From positions 1 through 64,000 of the forward strand of contig DASPSR010000062.1 in assembly GCA_035623825.1 (NCBI GenBank): a stretch of 64,000 nt of DNA, given 5' to 3'. The stretch comes from Nitrospirota bacterium. Its GTDB lineage: Bacteria > Nitrospirota > UBA9217. The notes below the pieces were generated by a model that was not told where the DNA came from, did not search any database, and was given only the letters and a program-made list of their open reading frames with translations. Positions 1 to 10,164 of this stretch are shown piece after piece. A program made the translations under genes and the position numbers. How positions within the stretch are numbered: position 1 is the stretch's first letter; each line of letters begins with the position of its first letter.

Positions 1-157
1 CGATGCATTGCATAATTTATTGTCAATGGTGCGGGTCGCAAATGACTTTGGACAATGCTGAGTATTACTGCAAAGTAGACACGCACAAGATCATGTACCG
101 TTGTGCCAACTGCAAATCGCAGTGGACAAACGGGTACAAAGGAAGGTAGTGAGACTT

Positions 158-433
158 ATGACGCATATTCTGAGAAAAAACATGATCATCGTTGCAGCAG
201 CACTGAGTGTCCTCATGGTCTGCGGAGGCTGTGCGACCACACAGCCGATACGGCTGGCTGATATCGGTGCGGTGGGATGTCAGGCGGAGATTGAGACCTA
301 TTGCAAGGATGTAACACCGGGGGAAGCACGGATTATGGCCTGCCTGTATGCACACGATGACAAGCTATCGGAGCGGTGCAAGTGCGCGCTCTATGAAGCA
401 TCGTGCCAACTCGAACGGGCAGTACATGAATAG
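158..433 (+). CDS. Secreted cysteine-rich repeat (GLG1/Cys_rich_FGFR-like) protein, single repeat, possibly truncated
   Basis: Signal/lipoprotein-like N-terminus, then CQAEIETYCKDVTPGEARIMACLYAHDDKLSERC; start codon uncertain. Confidence 0.6.
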   Translation: MTHILRKNMIIVAAALSVLMVCGGCATTQPIRLADIGAVGCQAEIETYCKDVTPGEARIMACLYAHDDKLSERCKCALYEASCQLERAVHE

Positions 434-654
434 GGCATCTGACAGTTACATGCGGTAATTCGCAGAAAATTGGAATTGCTCGCCGATCCCCATTATGGCA
501 TATCTTTCTATGGTATATTGATATTACAGCTGTCGATCAATGTCATTAGATTATCGAGAAATGGCATTTACCGTTCTGGTTTTCGGTGAGCAGTAAACCT
601 CGTATTCTCCATAAGATCTGAAACTAAAGACTGTTTTCTAGAGGAGGTATATTC

Positions 655-1095
655 ATGAAAATAGCCGACATTATGACAAAGCAGGTCCATACCATCGGGC
701 CGGACCAGACCCTAAAGGAGTGTGCCGAGATTCTCAGGAAATGCCACGTTAACGGTCTTGTGGTGGTGGACGGAGGAACGGTTACGGGAGTAATTACGAA
801 GGCCGATATTTTCAAGGCCGTTCTGCCGGGCTATTCCGATATTATAGAAGACACGCACTATATGGTGAGCTTCGAGTACATCGAAGATCGGGCGCACAGA
901 TTGTACGACCTGAGGGTGCGGGACCTCATGGGAACGCCTCCAATCACCATAACGGGCGACACGCCCATAGTGAAGGCAGGTTCTCTCATGATCCTGAGAA
1001 GGGTAAAGCAGCTTCCGGTTGTTGACACCGGCAGGCTGTCGGGCATTGTCACCTTGACGGATATCATCAACTACATTACGGATAAGATCAAGTAG
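655..1095 (+). CDS. CBS-domain pair protein
   Basis: Two CBS motifs (IADIMT...GVITKADI; VRDLMG...GIVTLTDI); RBS gaggagg. Confidence 0.9.
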   Translation: MKIADIMTKQVHTIGPDQTLKECAEILRKCHVNGLVVVDGGTVTGVITKADIFKAVLPGYSDIIEDTHYMVSFEYIEDRAHRLYDLRVRDLMGTPPITITGDTPIVKAGSLMILRRVKQLPVVDTGRLSGIVTLTDIINYITDKIK

Positions 1096-1385
1096 ATGAT
1101 GGAAAATTAATCAGACAAGAAGCTCAGAGAAGGGTTATCTCGATTTTATTTCTTTTGATCAATATACTCGGCCTAACAAGCCAGACTGACCTCCTATGAG
1201 AAAGGTGCGGAGAATCAAGCACTGGCATGCCTCCACCAAGTTTGAATACAAGGCGACGTTGGCCGGAGCGGTTATTGACGTGTTATTCCGATTTTCATTA
1301 TAAAAAAAGATCGAAAGGGGGCAAGCCGTTTGGTCAGCAGAGCGGTGACTATAATTTCAAATTGTACAATAGGAGGGAGATTGTT

Positions 1386-1895
1386 ATGAAACAGTTGATT
1401 AAGATTGTTATCTTGCTGGTTGTTGCATTGGGTATCACACCGGCGTTCGCCCAGAACGCGCCGGGTGACAAGTCAGGAGACAACACACAGATCCTGCTCG
1501 AAAAGATCAAAGCGGACAAGAAGTTTATCGTGGCGGCAAACATGGAGCTCACCGAATCCGAGGCTAAAGGTTTCTGGCCGGTGTATGAGGCCTATCAGAA
1601 GGACCTCGAGGAGATCAACAGGCGCACGGCCGCGATGATCAAGTCCTATGCCGATGCGTGGAATACGAATTCAATGGACAATGAAAAAGCGAAGAAGCTG
1701 GCGTCCGACTTCCTCGCGATTTTGGCGGACGAAGTGAAGCTCATGCAGTCCTACGTACCGAAGCTGGGCCAGGTGCTGCCGGCAACCAAGGTCGCACGTT
1801 ATCTGCAGATAGAGTACAAGATCCGAACGATCGTCTGGTCCGATTTGAGCTCCCAAATACCGCTAATGCCGGGGAAATCAGAACAAGAAACTTGA
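1386..1895 (+). CDS. Hypothetical periplasmic helical protein
   Basis: RBS aggaggg before ATG 1386; signal peptide ending AFA; LTESEAKGFWPVYEAY motif. Confidence 0.75.
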   Translation: MKQLIKIVILLVVALGITPAFAQNAPGDKSGDNTQILLEKIKADKKFIVAANMELTESEAKGFWPVYEAYQKDLEEINRRTAAMIKSYADAWNTNSMDNEKAKKLASDFLAILADEVKLMQSYVPKLGQVLPATKVARYLQIEYKIRTIVWSDLSSQIPLMPGKSEQET

Positions 1896-2190
1896 TGTTC
1901 TCGCTTGGGGGGCACAGGGAGTAAACGAAACCTGCGCGTCGGGCTTTGAGAAGGACTTTTTCTACAGACTCGTTACATATTTCATACGGTAACTTCTAAA
2001 ATTAAACTGTCCGTCGATGTTGGTAGATACATACTATATCACCCTTGTCAAAAATCAACCATGAACAAGTTATCGGTTTGACAGTGGCCTTACTTCTGCT
2101 CATGAGGGTGAAAGATATTTCAGGAGGGATAGGTGAGCACCGAGGCTTATTAATCAGGCAACCCTCTACGAGGTTCTCGGAGGGAGGAGG

Positions 2191-2595
2191 ATGGTTTCGG
2201 GGAAAGGTTTTATGAAAAATGTTCTTCTGATAGACGATGATGTCAGTCATCTGGCAGGTCTGGCAGTGGCATTGTGCGAGGCTGGCTATCAGGTCATTCC
2301 AAAGATCGATACAGAATCTGCAGTGGCAGTTCTTAGAGAGAACGTCAAGATTGACTTGATAATCATCGACTATGAAATGACGGGACTCGACGCATTTTCA
2401 TTCCTGACCATGCTAAGAGAATTCATGCCGAAGGTGCCTGTTATCGTGCTTACCGAAAATTGCAATGTGGATATTTATCTCCAAGTCATGAGTCTTGGTG
2501 CGTTCGAATATATGAGCAAACCGGTCAGAGTCGCCGAGTTACGACGAGCCGTTGAGGCTGCACTTCTTGATTATGAGAAGAACGGCTCATCGTGA
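2191..2595 (+). CDS. Stand-alone response regulator receiver protein
   Basis: VLLIDDD, DLIIID (phospho-Asp), VIVLT, YMSKP. Confidence 0.85.
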   Translation: MVSGKGFMKNVLLIDDDVSHLAGLAVALCEAGYQVIPKIDTESAVAVLRENVKIDLIIIDYEMTGLDAFSFLTMLREFMPKVPVIVLTENCNVDIYLQVMSLGAFEYMSKPVRVAELRRAVEAALLDYEKNGSS

Positions 2596-2634
2596 ACATG
2601 GAGCTATTAAGATGGGGATAGGAAAATCGTAGGA

Positions 2635-3310
2635 GTGTTCTCATCAATCCGCCAAAGGATTCTGGGCCGGATAGCCTGGTTGTTCGTTGTTTTACGGAAC
2701 TGTTCGGTGCGGGTTCGCTTCGCAAACAGTGAATCTCTGGATCGCCTCGCTTCAAGCGGGAGTAAAATTATCTGCGCTTTTTTCCATGGGGATATGGTGC
2801 CTCTGCTTCATATTTATCGAAATTCCGGTTTCTTGATCCCCGTGAGCGAAAGTAGGGACGGTGAAATTATGGCTCGACTTTTAAAAAAGCTTCGGTTTCG
2901 ACGTCGTGTGCGGATCGAGCAAGCGCAAAGGCCACAAAGCTCTCCTTGAGCTTATCAGCGGCATGAAAAGGGAAAAAACGTGGCGATTTCCGTTGACGGT
3001 CCGCATGGGCCTTTACACAAAGTGAAGCTTGGTGTCGCTCTTCTTGCCGGGTTATCGAAAAGCTCCTATAATCCCAGTTGCGGTTTCGGCAAAACGGTTT
3101 CAAATATGAAAAAAGAGCTGGGATCGACTCCTGATTCCCGCTCCGTTCGGCGAGGTCATACTGCTATTTGGTGAGCCCATTTACGTGAAGGGTATATCAT
3201 ATGCAGAAATCTACTCCGCCCGAAGTAAGCTTGAGACATATGTGCAGGGGTTGAAGCGTGAAGCACAGATTGCAGTTTTGGGAGAAACCAGTAGCGGTGC
3301 AGTCCCTTGA
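2635..3310 (+). pseudogene. DUF374/lysophospholipid acyltransferase family pseudogene
   Basis: Motifs FFHG, SESRDGE, GSSKRKG, VDGPHGP, SWDRLLIPAPF are spread over different frames; shifts at A-runs near 2885, 2975 and 3060; in-frame TGA at 3107. Confidence 0.8.
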
Positions 3311-3578
3311 GGAGCGGTATCGGTTGCTAGGTCGGTCACGGCAGCAGCACTGACATCTAAAGTCTTGCACTTTAATATAGATCAGACTCTAATGAACCGA
3401 TTCACCATCTCTAAAAAGATTTCCATTAGAGACGCGCTGATAGCGACATTTTCGCTTTGATTTATGCGAAAAGATAGCTGGATTCGGTTCTCGCGTCTTG
3501 TCGCAGTACCGGCCCACAGAGGAGGCAGATGCGTAAAGTGAAGTTGCTGCAACCGCTGCTGGTGAAAGGAGGAAAAAC

Positions 3579-4022
3579 ATGCCGGATATACACGTGAGGG
3601 AAAGCATCACCATAAGCCGTAAGGTCTCTGACATTTACAAGTTCTGGCGTAATCTAGAGAACCTTCCCCGTTTCATCGACTATCTTGATACCGTAGATGA
3701 CCTGGGGAACGGGCATAGCCGCTGGAGCATCAAGACACCGGTGGGGGAGTTGAGATGGGAGTCGGAAATCATCGAGGACAAGGAAAACGAAATCATACGA
3801 TGGCGCTCCATGCCTGGCGCACGCGTGAGAAACAGCGGATTCCTGAGCCTGAAACAGGAGGGAAGCGATGCGACCGAGGCTACTGTGGAACTCCGCTATA
3901 CACCCCCAAGGGAACATAACTCGTTCCTTGAGAACAAAGTGTTTCAAGCCATAGTCTACGTGGAGCTCAAAGACAACCTGAGGAACCTCCAGCGCATAAT
4001 GGAATCGGAGACGTCTGGGTGA
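3579..4022 (+). CDS. SRPBCC/polyketide cyclase family protein
   Basis: ESITI...YKFWRNLENLPRF...SRW...W.SEI; RBS aggagg. Confidence 0.9.
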   Translation: MPDIHVRESITISRKVSDIYKFWRNLENLPRFIDYLDTVDDLGNGHSRWSIKTPVGELRWESEIIEDKENEIIRWRSMPGARVRNSGFLSLKQEGSDATEATVELRYTPPREHNSFLENKVFQAIVYVELKDNLRNLQRIMESETSG

Positions 4023-4458
4023 TTTCTGAAGCATCAAAGAACGGATTGAGCTGTCACTGCTTGACTCAACAGATATAGTCCAGGATACCAGAGAAGCTGT
4101 GGAAAAAGAGATCAGGGAGCTATTCCGGCATTATAACTTTTACTGTATCCTGAGGACGCTCGAACTCGAACGCAAGAATAGAATGAGGAAATGGAAACAT
4201 ATTCGCCGAAATTCCGACTGTGGATTTCAGCACCGTACGGAGAGGAATTTATCGGCCTCATGCACCAGGCATCGACTTGCGCGGTTTCAGACGGAACGCA
4301 GGCAGGAGGATCACTACCCGATCACTTCTGCTTATCTAAGCCGGGTGTTAATAGTACCGCCGTTGCGGAGGATATGACAATTCCCATGGCTAAGATTACA
4401 ACGATAAAAAGAATCCGCCTGCGCGACAGAACATCGCGAGGGGGAAAAGGAGCACAAA

Positions 4459-5961
4459 ATGAAACGAATCCTTCCGTTATCCTTTTATAACCCGCTCACC
4501 CTAGCGGGTTCGGTCATTGCACTGTTCAACCTTGCTTTGATCGTCTTCCTGCTTATTTTCGATCTGCTTTCAAAGCGACCGAGGCCCTATTCGGACCTCG
4601 TCATCCTGCTGATCTTACCAGTGTTCATCCTCATCGGGGTGGCGTTTGTCGTCCTGGGAATCGTCCGGCAACGGAGAAGACAGAGAATTGGAGTCCCCCT
4701 TGAGGAACAACGCCTGCTCGTGCTTGACTTCAATGACCACAAACAGCGCAGGCTCGTAATACTTCTCTCGGCTGGTTTCGTCTTCTTGACCCTGCTGTAT
4801 ACTTTCGGAATGTTCCAAGGCTATGAATTCGTAGAATCTACCTCCTTCTGCTCTCAGACCTGTCATGCCGTCATGGGCCCGCAGTCTCGTGCTCACGCCT
4901 TTTCCCATCATGCGGAGGTTGAGTGTTCAGCGTGCCATGTGGGCTCGGGCACCCAGTATTTTGTCTTATCGAAGTTCAAGGGAACCGCCGAACTTTATGA
5001 ACTCCTGTCGAATAAATTCCCGAGACCTATCCCTGCCCCCGTCAAAGACCTCAGGCCTTCAAAGGATATATGCCAGGGCTGTCACGGTCCCACGTACGCC
5101 TTCGAGGAAAATCTCCGGGGCCGAAAGTACTATCTCTCTGACACTAAGAACACTGAATGGACAATTGGTTTGTTACTTAAGATGGGTGCGGTGAGAGTCC
5201 AGACTGACAAGCCTCCCATGATGCACTGGCACTATGCAGTAGCCAGGCAGATCGAGTATGCAACTGCTGATCCGAAGCGTGAGGCCATTCCGTGGGTACG
5301 CGCGATCGGCTTCGACGGCAAGGCAAGAATTTACAGGGCTGAAGATGGAAATACTGCCGTCAAGGAACCTGCACCAGAGCAGAAGCGTGTTATGGACTGT
5401 ATCGACTGCCACAACAGGGTGGGACACGAATTCTACCCGCCAGACAAGGTAGTGAATGCTCTTTTGAGTTTGAAGTTGATAGACCCCTCGCTCCCGGACA
5501 TTAAGAGTACAGCAGTCCAGGCGCTGGAAGGCAAATACGCTTCAAGGGAAGCGGCCCGATCAGGCATCAAAGATGCCATCATGGAATCCTATAAAAAGAA
5601 GTATCCTGACATTGTCGCCTTGCGGGAGGTCGAGCTTAAGCAGGTTATTGCGAGATTGCAGGATCTCTACGATCGCATCTGTGATCCGTTCATGAAGGTA
5701 AGTTGGAAGAATTACCCGAACCAAAGCGGACACATGTACAGCCTGGGCTGCTTTCGCTGCCACGACGGGAAACATAAAAGCGACGACGGGACTGTTTTGT
5801 CGAAAGACTGTAGCCTGTGTCACCTGCTCATAAAAAGGCAGATGGCGGGGAAGAAAACGCTCGCCGTTCTGACCGAAGAGACATATCCCCATCCCGTCGA
5901 TATCGGCGATTCTTACCGTACTATGAATTGCAGCGATTGTCATGGAGTTTCTTCGCCTTAG
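4459..5961 (+). CDS. Membrane-anchored heptaheme c-type cytochrome, NapC/NirT-related (ImcH-like)
   Basis: Three N-terminal hydrophobic helices; six CxxCH (CSACH, CQGCH, CIDCH, CFRCH, CSLCH, CSDCH) plus CSQTCH. Confidence 0.85.
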   Translation: MKRILPLSFYNPLTLAGSVIALFNLALIVFLLIFDLLSKRPRPYSDLVILLILPVFILIGVAFVVLGIVRQRRRQRIGVPLEEQRLLVLDFNDHKQRRLVILLSAGFVFLTLLYTFGMFQGYEFVESTSFCSQTCHAVMGPQSRAHAFSHHAEVECSACHVGSGTQYFVLSKFKGTAELYELLSNKFPRPIPAPVKDLRPSKDICQGCHGPTYAFEENLRGRKYYLSDTKNTEWTIGLLLKMGAVRVQTDKPPMMHWHYAVARQIEYATADPKREAIPWVRAIGFDGKARIYRAEDGNTAVKEPAPEQKRVMDCIDCHNRVGHEFYPPDKVVNALLSLKLIDPSLPDIKSTAVQALEGKYASREAARSGIKDAIMESYKKKYPDIVALREVELKQVIARLQDLYDRICDPFMKVSWKNYPNQSGHMYSLGCFRCHDGKHKSDDGTVLSKDCSLCHLLIKRQMAGKKTLAVLTEETYPHPVDIGDSYRTMNCSDCHGVSSP

Positions 5962-6423
5962 CGCTGCAAGGAACATGTTCAAGCCGCGCATTGTGGAATG
6001 GTCAAACAATGCTGCAGGCATTGAGGGAGAAAGGCATGACGGATGAGCAGATTACGGCAGCACAAGCCTGCGTTACGTTAGGATCAAAACCGCCATAGAA
6101 TGAGAATGAGGAGCGTGACAAAAAAGCGAAAGAATTCTTATCGCGAAGACGCGAAGAACGCAGAGAACGAAAGAACAAAGATGCTTTGCTGAATTCGTTC
6201 ATGGCTCACAGCATTTCCCGATCTTTGCTCGTTCCCGTTAGCCACTGGACGTGAAGTCGTCACAATGCTGAACGATCTGAGCCAGCATAAAAAAATTAAA
6301 ATGCGCGAGGGAACCTAGGGGTGGCTGAGTGGACATTAATTGTGGTGTAACTCAAGCAATCCTCTTCGTCTTCTGCGGTGAGATGTTGTGAGATTTGATT
6401 CGTTCCCAAGATGGAGAATGTGC

Positions 6424-7716
6424 ATGAAGCGCATCCTGTTCACGGTACTGGCATTTCTGGCATGCACGGTGCCGTTGCTTACCTATGCTGCAGAAGAGGT
6501 CAAAAGCACGCCGCCGAGCGGTGCGCGGTCTGAAAATGTCATCAGCGTTCCATACGGATTCTATAACTCCAGTTTCGGAGCTGCCGTGGCATACGTCTAC
6601 AGCATCGTGGGCTCTCCCGAGCCGCAGTCCACGTTCACGGCCACGGCCATGGCCGGCTCCACAGGCACTGCCATGCTGTTCCTGATAGGTCACGACTTCC
6701 GTATGTTCGGGGTCGAACGGCTGTTCATTGATCCTATCGTGTCGACTGGATATTTTGTCGACTACAATGCTTACATCAACGGCAACCCCGGATTTCCGGG
6801 TCAGCGAGCAGGAAGCAACGAGTCGGACAAGAACAATTTCGTCACCTCGAGCGGTTGGGACAATTATTTTCGCATCACCTTCAAATACCTTCTGCCGATT
6901 GGCAACGGCAAAGACCAGATCGTCAATGCCTATCGGTTGAAAGGTGGGCTGCTGGAATCAGGCGCCAGTGGAGGAACGTCCTGGAACCCGTTGGAGAGCG
7001 GTCGGACTTTCCTAGAGGTGCGACCGTTCTACCGCTCACAGGAGATCAACAGTGACTTTGTCTATGTGGTACAGAGGACCAATGGCCTCGATTTTACCCT
7101 TTATTGGGACAACCGGGATTTTTCTGACAACCCCTCCCAGGGAAATTCCCTGCAGTTGAGGGTGTCTCGCGATTTCGGCTTGGCGAACAGCTCAAATCCC
7201 TGGACAGCTTATATAGCTGAATTTGACAAGTATTTCTCGCTTGGCCCGTCAGACACGTTCCGGCAGCGTGTCCTCGCTTTCGATATCTGGACGGCTTATT
7301 CTCCCTCATGGGAAGTCAAACCTGACGGCACCATTGCCAACCGGCCCCCAACCTATGCCGGCGCTACGCTGGGCGGTTTGTGGAGGATGCGCGGCTTTCC
7401 GGACCAGCGCTTCAGCGACAAAGCCGGCATTTACTACGGAGCGGAATATCGCATGATCCCCGAATGGAACCCATTCAACAACTGGCCCTGGCTTCAACAA
7501 TACATTGGAGTCCGATGGGTTCAGTTGGTTCCCTTTGTTGAAGCTGGACGTGTTGCCCCTTCGTGGAATTTTAACGAACTGAACTCGGCCATGAAATGGG
7601 ACGCTGGTTTCGGGTTCCGGGCCATGTGCAAAGGGCTGGTCGTACGGATCGATTTGGCCGGCTCCAGCGAAGGCGCAAGCGTCGTGATGATGATCAATCA
7701 GCCCTTCCAGTTCTGA
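6424..7716 (+). CDS. Omp85/BamA-TamA family outer-membrane beta-barrel without obvious POTRA domains
   Basis: Signal peptide; LGGLWRMRGF..RF motif; C-terminal QPFQF. Confidence 0.85.
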   Translation: MKRILFTVLAFLACTVPLLTYAAEEVKSTPPSGARSENVISVPYGFYNSSFGAAVAYVYSIVGSPEPQSTFTATAMAGSTGTAMLFLIGHDFRMFGVERLFIDPIVSTGYFVDYNAYINGNPGFPGQRAGSNESDKNNFVTSSGWDNYFRITFKYLLPIGNGKDQIVNAYRLKGGLLESGASGGTSWNPLESGRTFLEVRPFYRSQEINSDFVYVVQRTNGLDFTLYWDNRDFSDNPSQGNSLQLRVSRDFGLANSSNPWTAYIAEFDKYFSLGPSDTFRQRVLAFDIWTAYSPSWEVKPDGTIANRPPTYAGATLGGLWRMRGFPDQRFSDKAGIYYGAEYRMIPEWNPFNNWPWLQQYIGVRWVQLVPFVEAGRVAPSWNFNELNSAMKWDAGFGFRAMCKGLVVRIDLAGSSEGASVVMMINQPFQF

Positions 7717-7848
7717 CAGGAGGTGATGACCATCATATCTTTTCGAAAGGCGACGGCAGATAAAGCGATAGACACTTCAGTTTAATGAGCTATATGATCG
7801 GATAAGTTCAGAATGGTCTTAGGAAGACGGTGGCCGACGCCAACTCAT

Positions 7849-7932
7849 ATGAAAAGCAAGATTATCGTAATCATCGGCGCTAGCGAAGGCGTCGGCCGCT
7901 TTCCGCCAACATTTCTGGTAAATTTTAATTAA
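7849..7932 (+). pseudogene. N-terminal remnant of a short-chain dehydrogenase
   Basis: MKSKIIVIIGASEGVGR matches the SDR GASxGxG start, then runs into AT-rich sequence and stops. Confidence 0.45.
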
Positions 7933-7962
7933 ATCTTTTTCGTTTGTTAGTTCCGGCAGAAA

Positions 7963-8520
7963 ATGTTTCAAGATACAAAGGCGGTCACAGTAGAAGGAAA
8001 TAGTATGCTGATAAAAACACAATTTCCCAGATTATTAGTTATGAGTAGCCTCCTTTTTCTGTCAATAGGATGTGTGTCTGAAGTCTCAGATGAAGAATTT
8101 GAGAGGATAAAATATAGTCCTATTGTAACACTTGATCACATAAGCAAAGAATTACCAATTATGTGCAATAGAGAGGAATATAAAATAATTTTTACAAAAT
8201 CTGGCTGTAGGCCTGATGACATAACCCTTGAACAACTTGCTGATAACGCGATGATTTCTGAAGTTGAGAAAGCTGCTTTTTCTAAATATAGCTTGGAAGT
8301 TGAAGGCATATACAAGAGATTTATCGAATCATTAAAAAATTATGGGACGCCTGAAGATAAAGAATTTGGTTCAGCGCTGGAGAGAATCAACTCGCGAAGA
8401 GAAAAAAACGCGGTTGATCTACTTGATGGTAAAATAACTTGGGGTGATTACAATAAAAATCAAAAAGATATGGAGCAATCTATTAAAGATGCAGTGCGCC
8501 GGATTTATAGTACAAAATAG
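7963..8520 (+). CDS. Hypothetical lipoprotein (AT-rich)
   Basis: 185-aa ORF with lipobox-like LSIGC; visibly lower GC than neighbours. Confidence 0.65.
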   Translation: MFQDTKAVTVEGNSMLIKTQFPRLLVMSSLLFLSIGCVSEVSDEEFERIKYSPIVTLDHISKELPIMCNREEYKIIFTKSGCRPDDITLEQLADNAMISEVEKAAFSKYSLEVEGIYKRFIESLKNYGTPEDKEFGSALERINSRREKNAVDLLDGKITWGDYNKNQKDMEQSIKDAVRRIYSTK

Positions 8521-8963
8521 ATTTTTGAAGAGTCGGAAGAGACTTGTAGGGTACCTTTTAGAGAACAAAAACACGCGATGGATCGCGGTATTGCTGGGGC
8601 CCGCCGGGATTCCCCCAGAAAAAGATCAGCAGGCGTCTATCAAGGTAGTCGATCCGGTGACTGTAGAATAAGCCGGAGAAGAACGGTAAGCGAAAATAGA
8701 ATAAATGGAAAACTGCCACCGCAGGAAAAGCACACAGAAAAGGCGGAAGTTTTGAACAAGAATCTTTTTATTATTTGCGAAAAACAGTAGAGCGCGGGTG
8801 GATTAATGAGCAACCCGGTCAGGACCGACGACTTGAACCGTGTCGTGAAGGTCGTGCTGCAACAGTCCGAGGAGGTGCAATTTTGAAAGACCGGGGGAAA
8901 CAAATGTCAACTCGTTTGCACTTATTGCAATTAGATAAGATTTGAACGGGGAGAACATTAAAG

Positions 8964-9083
8964 ATGACTAATCGAGAAAAAATAGGTGAAAAAATAGATG
9001 AAGCCGTGTCGTGGGTATTGATGATAACAGCATTCATCAGTTTTATGTTTTGGGAGTTATTAAAGTGGGGCCGCCAGTGGTGA
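8964..9083 (+). CDS. Small single-TM peptide (39 aa)
   Basis: ggggag RBS; MTNREKIGEKIDEAVSWVLMITAFISFMFWELLKWGRQW. Confidence 0.35.
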   Translation: MTNREKIGEKIDEAVSWVLMITAFISFMFWELLKWGRQW

Positions 9084-9547
9084 ACATACATCATACAGTC
9101 GATTATGACGCGTATGTCGGATATTTTTAAAAGAGGAAAAAACTCATATTAAGATGTCTGGCTGAGGAAATCATTAAATCAGTTACAATTCTTGTAAACA
9201 TACTTTAACGCTAATACTGTTCAGAGCATGTTAGTGTTGTTCGCTCTTGAATACATCCCGAACTCTTTCACGCGGCTTTTCATCGTGGTCTATATTACCA
9301 TTGTGAAGATGCCACCCTTCATGCCTCTCTATGGATCCCAGCAAAGATAGTTATAAAGTGCCGGTTTGCAAGGTTATTAGAGGATAGGAATCAGGTGAAT
9401 AAATAAAATCCGACTTTTTTATCCATGGCGGGACCTTGGCGGTGGAAAAGTGCACTTTATGGCATTTTAATGCAAATTATGCGTGGTTTTTTGTTAAATT
9501 AACCATAATAATCAGTACATTGCATATAAGATTTAAATGCCACAGTA

Positions 9548-9594
9548 GTTTTGGGTGCGAGTGGTCGGCCGTTCAAATCGGCTCGCCCCGACCA
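9548..9594 (+). repeat. 3' half of tRNA-Pro (att-site copy 1)
   Basis: gttttgggtgcgagtggtcggccgttcaaatcggctcgccccgacca gives anticodon loop, T-arm, acceptor 3' strand and CCA; no D-arm or 5' acceptor upstream. Confidence 0.85.
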
Positions 9595-9598
9595 TTTT

Positions 9599-9631
9599 AA
9601 GCCCATAAACATTAACGTTTATGGGCTTTTT
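9599..9631 (+). terminator. Intrinsic terminator after tRNA-Pro fragment
   Basis: aagcccataaac/gtttatgggctt hairpin plus T-run. Confidence 0.75.
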
Positions 9632-10164
9632 CATTTTTTAGAGGATAACCCATTCTAGTAATGGGGGCGAATCTCGTTATCCAGTGAGACAGGATAGTTA
9701 GAGACACATACTGTTAGGTAACGTCCGTATGTACATATTTTATCGATGTAAAGTTTGAATTTTACATTGACAGCAAGGGGCAATTAGAGAAATATATGAA
9801 CAGGTGAATTCGTAAGAAATCAGATGCCGGTGCCTCTTGCCGATCTTTACAAAGAATACCGGCCATTGGATAATAAGAAGCACGATTGATCTCCTAATGT
9901 CCTTCCTGTCCGTGGGATCGAGCATCGGCATTGCTCACGGTCTTGTGCGGACAATTGACCGGTTAGTTGTATGAATCACGCAGAGAATTTAGCGCCACCG
10001 GCGATGAATTGACACAGGCCTACGATCATCTCAAGAACATACTGGAGGAATTGCTGGTATTGAACGGCAAACAGTGCAGCTGGTTCAACATGAGATCGTA
10101 ACCTTAAAAGGGGCAGAGACGATTAGCCCGCCCATGATTACGAGGTTGTCCGGCGGGAGGTAAT

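Noticed and set aside
6009-6254. ORF with in-frame TAG (possible pyrrolysine readthrough)
   Set aside because: No recognisable family or pyl genes in the window; more likely debris
9460-9476. Sigma54 promoter tggcattttaatgca
   Set aside because: GG-GC spacing is one base short of the -24/-12 consensus
9520-9594. Functional tRNA-Pro
   Set aside because: No 5' acceptor strand or D-arm; only the 3' half is present (same for 32335-32386 and 62724-62769)
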